A DNA stretch of 47,986 nucleotides from Candidatus Aenigmatarchaeota archaeon. GTDB taxonomy: Archaea; Aenigmatarchaeota; Aenigmatarchaeia; PWEA01. Shown here piece by piece: positions 41,796-47,986 of the stretch. Under the pieces are notes generated by a model. That model was not told where the DNA came from. It did no database searches and saw only the letters and a program-made list of their open reading frames with translations. Every line of letters starts with the position of its first letter. Positions within the stretch are counted from its first letter, which is position 1. The stretch spans positions 1 through 47,986 of the forward strand of contig PWIB01000046.1 of NCBI GenBank assembly GCA_003555465.1. Direction: 5' to 3'. The position numbers were made by a program, and so were the translations under genes.

Positions 41796-41936
41796 TCACA
41801 CTTCTGACTTGTATTGTTCTAGCTTCCTCTGTACGTAAGATTCAGGATCTTCTTCTCCACCTGTCTTTCTCAACAAATCAGAATCCATCCCGTTTTCTTT
41901 ATATGTCTCATATCTCCCACTGGGTGAATCGGTCAT
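41796..41936 (-). CDS. possible unannotated acidic mini-protein (46 aa)
   Basis: Manual reverse translation gives MTDSPSGRYETYKENGMDSDLLRKTGGEEDPESYVQRKLEQYKSEV. An AT-rich TATA-like sequence lies upstream. No recognisable family. Confidence 0.25.
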   Translation of the reverse strand: MTDSPSGRYETYKENGMDSDLLRKTGGEEDPESYVQRKLEQYKSEV

Positions 41937-41979
41937 GTTATCACTGTATAATTACAACTTATTACTTAAATAGTTTTCC

Positions 41980-43713
41980 CTATCCGTACTTGTCCTCGAT
42001 TACTTCTTGAAGAACGTTCTTCTCGCCCTTTGAAAGCATATCCTCAAGCTCTTCGAGCTTCCTTATATCCCTATCCGAGAGGAGATTGTAAAGGACGTCG
42101 CCTTCCTCCACCTGCCTACCTACAGTTACCTTGCTTATGGATACCGCGACCCTGTCTCCACCCTCTGCTTTTTCCACGGGAACATTTTCGTCCTGTATCT
42201 CCCTTATAGTTCCTATTCTTTTTCCATCCTTTACGAGATCGTAACCAGGCTTTATTACGCCGTCTATCACATCACAGCCGACAACTGCAGGCTTCCTCTG
42301 CCTGAAAACGTAGCCAGGTAGAAGACGGATCTTCCCGGGTCTGGTAACCTCTTCCAGCTTCTTCCTCCTTATCTCTTCCTTCTTCTTCTCCTTCCACTCC
42401 TCGTACTCCTCGACCAGCCTGTAAACAACGGAGCTGGAAAATATCTCAACGTCTTCTTCGCACATCTCAGCGGCCTCTGTTACCTCAACGTTGAAAGCGA
42501 ATATGCCTCTCTGGAGCGGGTCTTCAACTGAGCTAGCTTCCATGACGTCCTTCCGTGTAACGTCGCCTATCGACGCCTTCATTATAGGAATATCCTTGTC
42601 CTCAAGCATGTTTATTATCCCCTCAAGGCTACCTAACGTATCGGCCTTTACCACGATGCCCTCACCCTCGGACTCCATTTCAATATCTCCGACCTCTTCC
42701 TTCAGTTCTTCGAGAGCCTTCTCTGAGTTTCCCTCGGGACCAAGGCTCTGAAGAGGTGAACCAGCAACAACCTTGTCGAGATCAGGTCCGGATATCTTAA
42801 CTCCTGAAGCCGCCTTGACTTCGTCGACGTTCTTGAACTTCTTCTCCGTCCGCAGCTCCTCCAGCTCTCTCGGCTTCAAAAGGGCCTTTATCTTTGATAC
42901 AACTGGCTCTTCGCCGCCGACAACGAGCTCGTCGCCCCTCCTCATGACACCTTCGTACAGTATAACGTCCAGGGTAGTTCCAAGACCCTTTGATTCCTTG
43001 ACCTCAAGGACCGTGCCCTTTCCGACATCCGACCTCAGCTCCAGTTCATCGGAAAGATATTTCTGAGAAAGCCCTATAAGTACTGCAAGCAGATCAGGAA
43101 TTCCCTCCCCTGTGAGACCGGAAACAGGAACTATAGCTACCTTATCCCTGAAGTCATCTACCCTGTCAAAACGGTCCGCGGTGACGTCCATTTCGGAGAG
43201 GTCGCCTATAAGCTCGTATACCTTTTCGTCAAGCTTGTTCCTCACCTTCTCCCTTTGTTTGTTGTAGGTTTCAGTGAAGCAGGCACCTTCAACGGAGTTC
43301 CAGCCACGTATCTTGTCGGTCTTAGTAGCAGCAACAACAAAAGGTGTGTTGAACTCCTTGAGAAACTTCAAGGACTCTTTAGTCTGTGGCTTAAAACCTT
43401 CGTTTACATCGACAACAAGAACAGCAAGATCGGATACCGATCCTCCTCTCTTTCTCAAAGTTGTAAAGGCTTCGTGGCCAGGAGTATCTATAAACAGAAG
43501 TCCAGGGACCTGGATGTCTTCAGAGGAGAGAAGACCTCCACAGAGACTTCTTACAACATCAAGGGTGATCTCAGTGGCTCCTATATGCTGGGTTATACCT
43601 CCCGCCTCGCCAGAAGCTACCTTTGTCTCTCTTATCCGATCGAGTATAGTCGTCTTTCCGTGGTCCACGTGTCCTAGGACCGAAATTATAGGCTGTCTTC
43701 TTTCTTCCGGCAT
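41980..43713 (-). CDS. infB: translation initiation factor aIF5B
   Basis: GHVDHGKTT, DTPGHEAF, ATKTDK. The ATG at 43713 lies 6 nt after SD GGAGGTG, so the TTG at 43722 is less likely. Confidence 0.9.
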   Translation of the reverse strand: MPEERRQPIISVLGHVDHGKTTILDRIRETKVASGEAGGITQHIGATEITLDVVRSLCGGLLSSEDIQVPGLLFIDTPGHEAFTTLRKRGGSVSDLAVLVVDVNEGFKPQTKESLKFLKEFNTPFVVAATKTDKIRGWNSVEGACFTETYNKQREKVRNKLDEKVYELIGDLSEMDVTADRFDRVDDFRDKVAIVPVSGLTGEGIPDLLAVLIGLSQKYLSDELELRSDVGKGTVLEVKESKGLGTTLDVILYEGVMRRGDELVVGGEEPVVSKIKALLKPRELEELRTEKKFKNVDEVKAASGVKISGPDLDKVVAGSPLQSLGPEGNSEKALEELKEEVGDIEMESEGEGIVVKADTLGSLEGIINMLEDKDIPIMKASIGDVTRKDVMEASSVEDPLQRGIFAFNVEVTEAAEMCEEDVEIFSSSVVYRLVEEYEEWKEKKKEEIRRKKLEEVTRPGKIRLLPGYVFRQRKPAVVGCDVIDGVIKPGYDLVKDGKRIGTIREIQDENVPVEKAEGGDRVAVSISKVTVGRQVEEGDVLYNLLSDRDIRKLEELEDMLSKGEKNVLQEVIEDKYG

Positions 43714-43801
43714 TTTCAACACCTCCTATACATATAGTGCTAGCGGGAGTCATTCCTACACTATAATTCCGGCGAAGATATTTAAAAATAGTCAGATCAT
43801 G

Positions 43802-44566
43802 TCAGTGCGCATGTGGAACGTAAAGCTCGATAAGAACCATGACTCCTATGCCTACGAGGAACATCAACATAATTAAGAGGTTTTCTAACTTATTGTCTTC
43901 TTCAGGGTGTATCTCAGGAATCAGATCTGCTGCGCCTATATATACAAAGCCTCCTGCTGCAAAGGCTATAAGGTAGACAGGACTAATAAAGTCCCTGAGA
44001 AAGTAGGCAAGCAGGCCACCAGGAACTATCATAAGAGCAGCCAGGAAGTTGACTGTAAGTGCCTTCACCTTCTTCCAGCCTCCCTTGACTAAGATTCCAA
44101 AGTTCCCGAGTTCCTGTGGAATCTCATGGGCTGCAACTGCAAATGTGGTTGCTACACCCAATGAGAAGTCGACTAGGAACGAACCTCCGATGATGAGTCC
44201 GTCGACAAGGTTGTGTATACTGTCAGAAACAAGTATAAGATAGCTGAAAGGCTCCTTGGAATGTTCTTCAGGTGGTTTATGACAGTGATGCCACTGAAGG
44301 AACTCCTCAAGGATAAAGAAGAACACGAGACCTGAAAGGATGAAAAGGGGCGCCTCAAGATGTCCGTGCCCGGCTTCTAGGTCGTGGAAAACTTCCGGTA
44401 TAAGATGAAGGAAAGCACCACCTATGAGAGTTCCTGCAGCAAAGGAAACCAGCAGTAGTAATATCTTCTTGAACGTTCTCTCCTTCAGGGCAAGAGTAAA
44501 TATACCTATCCACGCGAGCACTGCCACACCAAAGGTAGCTCCCAGGATCCATGTGATCTCGCTCAT
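43802..44566 (-). CDS. ZIP-family divalent metal (zinc) transporter
   Basis: [13 protein letters not shown] signature, a His-rich loop ([10 protein letters not shown]), and multiple TM helices. Confidence 0.85.
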   Translation of the reverse strand: MSEITWILGATFGVAVLAWIGIFTLALKERTFKKILLLLVSFAAGTLIGGAFLHLIPEVFHDLEAGHGHLEAPLFILSGLVFFFILEEFLQWHHCHKPPEEHSKEPFSYLILVSDSIHNLVDGLIIGGSFLVDFSLGVATTFAVAAHEIPQELGNFGILVKGGWKKVKALTVNFLAALMIVPGGLLAYFLRDFISPVYLIAFAAGGFVYIGAADLIPEIHPEEDNKLENLLIMLMFLVGIGVMVLIELYVPHAH

Positions 44567-44741
44567 ACCCTGGGCTATAAAAGATCAGGATATAAATATA
44601 TTTATTACGTCAAAAAACGAGGATACATTTATAAAATCGTCGAACAATGCTTTAGCTAAAGATCAGTCTGCATCATTTAAAAGAATTTAAAACTTTTAAA
44701 CAATGAGAGACAATTAATTATCCTAGTTTCAGGGTGTGTAT

Positions 44742-45275
44742 ATGGAACAGATAAGAATACATGGACGTGGTGGTCAGGGTTCTGTTACTATGGCTTCCAT
44801 GCTTGCAAAGGCTGCCTTTGAATCAGGGAAGGAAGCTCAAGGTTTTCCGTCCTTCGGTGTTGAAAGGCTTGGAGCACCAATAGAAGCCTTCGTAAGAATA
44901 GACGACAGGGAAATAACCGACAGAAGTCAGGTATACGAGCCTGATATTGTTATAGTCCAGGACCCGACGCTCATAGAGCTCGTAGACGTCGAGGAAGGTC
45001 TCGATGAGGACGGAATAATGGTAGTAAATACATCAGAAGATGTGGACGATTTAAACCTGGAAACCGAAGCAGAGGTAGTCGCAGTCGACGCCACAAATAT
45101 AGCTTTGGAGCATCTCGGCAAACCTATAATGAATACAGCCCTGTGTGGAGCCTTCGCCAAGGTGACAGGACTGGTTGAAAAGGGAAGTATGGCAAAGGTT
45201 ATAGAAGAAACGTTCGAAGGTGAGATAGGTGAAAAGAACGTCAAAGCTATGGAAGAGGCATATGAGGTGTGTTGA
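44742..45275 (+). CDS. porG: pyruvate/2-oxoacid:ferredoxin oxidoreductase gamma subunit
   Basis: IRIHGRGGQGSVTMASMLAKAAF is the family N-terminus. The ATG at 44742 follows GGGTG. Confidence 0.85.
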   Translation: MEQIRIHGRGGQGSVTMASMLAKAAFESGKEAQGFPSFGVERLGAPIEAFVRIDDREITDRSQVYEPDIVIVQDPTLIELVDVEEGLDEDGIMVVNTSEDVDDLNLETEAEVVAVDATNIALEHLGKPIMNTALCGAFAKVTGLVEKGSMAKVIEETFEGEIGEKNVKAMEEAYEVC

Positions 45276-45560
45276 ATGACCAAAGATCCATACGAAGACC
45301 TAAAGATAAGTACGGGAGCTGTAACAGATCCGAAGACCACACTGGTAAATAAGACAGGAAGCTGGAGGTCGGAAAGGCCTGTCATAGACCACGAAAAGTG
45401 TGTCATGTGCGGCAAATGCGAAACCTTCTGTCCGGATATGGCAGTGAAGGAAACGGACGAAGGCAAGGTCGAGGTCGACCTGGAGTACTGTAAAGGTTGT
45501 GCAATATGCGCCGAAGAATGTCCCGTAAACGCTATTGTAATGGAAAAGGAGGAGAAATGA
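45276..45560 (+). CDS. porD: 2-oxoacid:ferredoxin oxidoreductase delta subunit (2x[4Fe-4S])
   Basis: CVMCGKCETFCP and CKGCAICAEECP. Confidence 0.85.
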   Translation: MTKDPYEDLKISTGAVTDPKTTLVNKTGSWRSERPVIDHEKCVMCGKCETFCPDMAVKETDEGKVEVDLEYCKGCAICAEECPVNAIVMEKEEK

Positions 45561-45561
45561 T

Positions 45562-46779
45562 ATGGAAAAGATGTTGACAGGCTATGATGCAGTCGCAGAA
45601 GCTGTCAAGGCTTGTAATCCCGATGTTATTCCTGCCTATCCAATAACGCCTCAGACAGATATTGTAGAAAAGATAAGTGAGATGGTAGCAGACGGAGAGC
45701 TGACAAGTGAGTACGTCAGAGTTGACAGCGAGTTCAACGCCGCTTCCACTGCATTAGGAGCTAGTGCAGCCGGAGCAAGGATCTTTACAGCCACGTGTTC
45801 CCAAGGACTTAAGCTTATGAGCGAGCCGCTCTTCAGCGCCTCGGGTATGAGACTACCTCTTGTTCTGGGTATTGCAAACAGAAGTCTTTCCGCGCCGCTC
45901 AGCATCTGGGGTGACCATACAGATACTTTCGCTGAAAGAGACGGTGGTATGATCCAGTTCTACGCCGAAGACGTTCAGGAAGCCATGGACAATATAGCTT
46001 TAGCGTACCGAGTAGCCGAAGACAAAGAAATTTCACTTCCTGCTCTTTCCTGCCTCGACGGTTTTATACTGACGCATGTACAGGAGAAGGTCGATGCTTT
46101 CACAGAAAAAGAGATAAAGGAGTTCCTTCCTGAAAGGGATCCTGTACACACGCTTGACCCATCTGACCCTACGACGATGGGAGCCTACGCAAGACCGGAA
46201 CACTGGACCGAAACCAGGTACGAGGTACACAAGGCCGTGAAGAGAGCCAAGGACAAGATAGGCGAGGCTGTGGAGGATTTTGCTGATATATTCGACAGAG
46301 AATACGGCTTGGAGCACAGCGGACTAGTGGAAACGTACAGATCCGAAGATGCCGACGTAATTATCGTGGCTCTGGGAAGCGTATGCGGAACGATAAGATA
46401 CGTAATCGACGAATACAGAGACAAGGGCGAAAAGGTAGGTCTCGTTAGACCAAGGGTCTACAGGCCGTTCCCAAAAGAAGAGCTGAACAAGGTACTGGAG
46501 GACGCAGAAGCCATAGCTGTTATGGAGAAGGACGTATCTTTAGGTTACCAGGGCGGCTTGGCGATAGACCTCAAGTCCTCACTCTACTCCAACGGAACCA
46601 TGATACCGGTACTTAACTACATCGTTGGCTTAGCGGGAAGAGACGTTACAAAGGATAACATAAGGAAAGTTGTAGAGGAAACAAAGGATGTAAGAGGAAA
46701 GGATCCGAGGGATGTGGAGGAAGAAGAGAGGTGGGAACCACTAAGAGATGAGCTTTTGTCAGGTGATAAAGATGACTGA
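45562..46779 (+). CDS. porA: 2-oxoacid:ferredoxin oxidoreductase alpha subunit
   Basis: LTGYDAVAEAVKACNPDVIPAYPITPQT is the family N-terminus. 405 aa. Confidence 0.88.
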   Translation: MEKMLTGYDAVAEAVKACNPDVIPAYPITPQTDIVEKISEMVADGELTSEYVRVDSEFNAASTALGASAAGARIFTATCSQGLKLMSEPLFSASGMRLPLVLGIANRSLSAPLSIWGDHTDTFAERDGGMIQFYAEDVQEAMDNIALAYRVAEDKEISLPALSCLDGFILTHVQEKVDAFTEKEIKEFLPERDPVHTLDPSDPTTMGAYARPEHWTETRYEVHKAVKRAKDKIGEAVEDFADIFDREYGLEHSGLVETYRSEDADVIIVALGSVCGTIRYVIDEYRDKGEKVGLVRPRVYRPFPKEELNKVLEDAEAIAVMEKDVSLGYQGGLAIDLKSSLYSNGTMIPVLNYIVGLAGRDVTKDNIRKVVEETKDVRGKDPRDVEEEERWEPLRDELLSGDKDD

Positions 46780-47698
46780 AGACAAGTTCAAAAGAGACGA
46801 AGATCTATTCTGTCCTGGACACAGGGCCTGTCCGGGATGTGGAGCCGCGCTGGCTTCGAAGCTGGTCACAGAAGCTACAGGACCACAGACTATACTCTCT
46901 ATGCCTACAGGCTGCATGGAAGTAACTACTACGCCTTATCCGGAAAGCGCCTGGGGCGTGAGCTGGATACACAACATTTTCGAAAACGCTGCTTCTGTAG
47001 CAGGCGGGGTAGAGACAGCCTACAGAGCCTTTGACAAAAGGGATAAGAAAGGATACATGGACCATGACGACGTGAACTTTGTAGTTATGGCGGGTGACGG
47101 GGCAACCTTCGACATAGGTATAAGAAGTCTAAGTGGAATGATGGAAAGGGGACACGACGTACTTTACATATGTTACGACAACGAGGCCTACATGAATACA
47201 GGTATACAGAGAAGTAGCAGCACACCTATAGGTGCAGCCACTACGACTAGCCCTGCCGGTGAGGAAAGTCTGGGTGAAGATATTCACAAAAAGGACATGC
47301 CGAGTATAGCTGCTGCACACGGCCTGGAGTACGTAGCTACCGCAAGCGTCGCGTATCCCGAGGACTTCAAAAACAAGGTTGAAAAGGCACTGGAGATAGA
47401 AGGTCCCAAGTATATACAGGTCTTCGCGCCCTGTCCACGGGGCTGGAGACATGACTCCAGGAACTCAGTGGAAATTGCAAGGTTAGCGGTACAGACAGGC
47501 ATGTACCCGATCTACGAGATGGAAGACGGAGAGATAACCAACGTAAAGGAGGTCAAGGACAGGAAGCCTGTCGAGGATTACCTGAAGGCGCAGGGAAGGT
47601 TCAAACACCTCTTCGAGAAGGACGAAGGCGAGGAAGTAATCAAGGACCTCCAGAAAATTGCTGACGTGAACGCCGAGGAGCTTGGAATAGACAAGTAA
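46772..47698 (+). CDS. porB: 2-oxoacid:ferredoxin oxidoreductase beta subunit (TPP-binding)
   Basis: CPGHRACPGCG and MAGDGATFDIG TPP motif. The ATG at 46772 lies 5 nt after SD AGGTGAT and overlaps the porA stop. Confidence 0.88.
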   Translation: MTEDKFKRDEDLFCPGHRACPGCGAALASKLVTEATGPQTILSMPTGCMEVTTTPYPESAWGVSWIHNIFENAASVAGGVETAYRAFDKRDKKGYMDHDDVNFVVMAGDGATFDIGIRSLSGMMERGHDVLYICYDNEAYMNTGIQRSSSTPIGAATTTSPAGEESLGEDIHKKDMPSIAAAHGLEYVATASVAYPEDFKNKVEKALEIEGPKYIQVFAPCPRGWRHDSRNSVEIARLAVQTGMYPIYEMEDGEITNVKEVKDRKPVEDYLKAQGRFKHLFEKDEGEEVIKDLQKIADVNAEELGIDK

Positions 47699-47986
47699 CT
47701 ACTCCAGTATTTCTATATCATCTGTCTTTCCATCGCCGTCTCTGTCCAATCCCTTTATGACTCTGTAAAACTCCTCTCCCCGTGTATAACCATCAAAGAC
47801 CTTTTCAGGCTGCTGCGTTGCCGCAAGGATACAGGTCTTTGTTCCTTCGAAGTCAAGACCCGAAAGAAGTATCCTCTTGTGTCCGTTCTTCTCTATCTTT
47901 GCGATGAGACCGAGGTTTTCGTCAGAATAACTGTTACCGGTTCTGTCAGAAACTATCTTCCAGGTCTTCTCCCAGTCAAAGCGAAC
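47699..47986 (-). CDS. 3' end of an unidentified CDS running off the window, with an EF-hand-like calcium loop
   Basis: Manual reverse translation gives 95 codons open to the window edge, ending ...YRVIKGLDRDGDGKTDDIEILE-stop. DRDGDGKTDDIE fits the 12-residue DxDxDG...E loop. Confidence 0.45.
   Translation of the reverse strand, partial: VRFDWEKTWKIVSDRTGNSYSDENLGLIAKIEKNGHKRILLSGLDFEGTKTCILAATQQPEKVFDGYTRGEEFYRVIKGLDRDGDGKTDDIEILE

Noticed and set aside
41699-42010. 103-aa plus-strand ORF in the S6e-aIF5B spacer
   Set aside because: It starts at a TTG inside the hairpin repeats, overlaps the aIF5B 3' end, and is low-complexity. It runs opposite to the local gene orientation.
1-47986. Checked for CRISPR arrays, rRNA genes, transposases, integrases and inteins
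   Set aside because: No repeat-spacer periodicity, rRNA-like conserved stretches or IS-type ORFs were seen. Large proteins (NrdD, aIF5B, Lhr, Rad50, MetRS) have normal lengths with contiguous motifs, so there is no sign of inteins.

Overview
Dense, housekeeping-rich chromosomal segment of an archaeon. The archaeal call rests on aIF2 alpha and gamma, aIF5B, L7Ae, S28e, L24e, L44e, S27e, S6e, Nop10, RpoK, PCNA, PriS, GINS, HerA, NurA and NreA. Several traits suggest a reduced DPANN-type, possibly halophilic nano-sized lineage. Proteins are strongly acidic (E/D-rich, with acidic tails). Gene spacing is extremely tight, including convergent genes with zero or negative spacing. The primase is a compact PriS-PriL fusion, and one tRNA carries an intron at a non-canonical position. 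This lineage call is inference only. No rRNA, CRISPR array or transposase was seen. Content falls into four parts. (1) Positions 4.3-26.4 kb hold an unusual concentration of genome-maintenance genes: mre11, an embedded NYN nuclease, rad50, herA, a CYTH plus two-metallophosphoesterase operon, nurA, nreA, an SPL-type radical SAM gene, PCNA, the fused primase, GINS, and a metallophosphoesterase-Lhr pair. (2) The conserved archaeal string L44e-S27e-aIF2alpha / Nop10-PAC2-RpoK-S2-MEMO-GluRS is split by a bacterial-style nrdR-nrdD-nrdG cassette. That cassette has its own TATA box bracketed by two NrdR-box-like sites. (3) L7Ae-S28e-L24e-adk follows, with a candidate K-turn over the L7Ae Shine-Dalgarno. 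(4) The rest comprises thiolase plus a DUF35::HMG-CoA synthase fusion, aIF2gamma, S6e, aIF5B, a ZIP transporter and porGDAB. The best candidates for something new are these: a divergent pair of a metallothionein-like Cys-array mini-protein and a Cys-rich HxlR regulator; the NYN gene inside mre11-rad50, apparently started at AUU; a low-GC island with a free-standing LAGLIDADG-wHTH gene; a T-loop-intron tRNA-Pro; a recurring perfect GGAAAC/GTTTCC hairpin family in 5' leaders; and the CYTH-phosphoesterase operon next to nurA. Four small CDS below the ORF-track cut-off were found by hand: Nop10, L24e and two zinc-ribbon mini-proteins.
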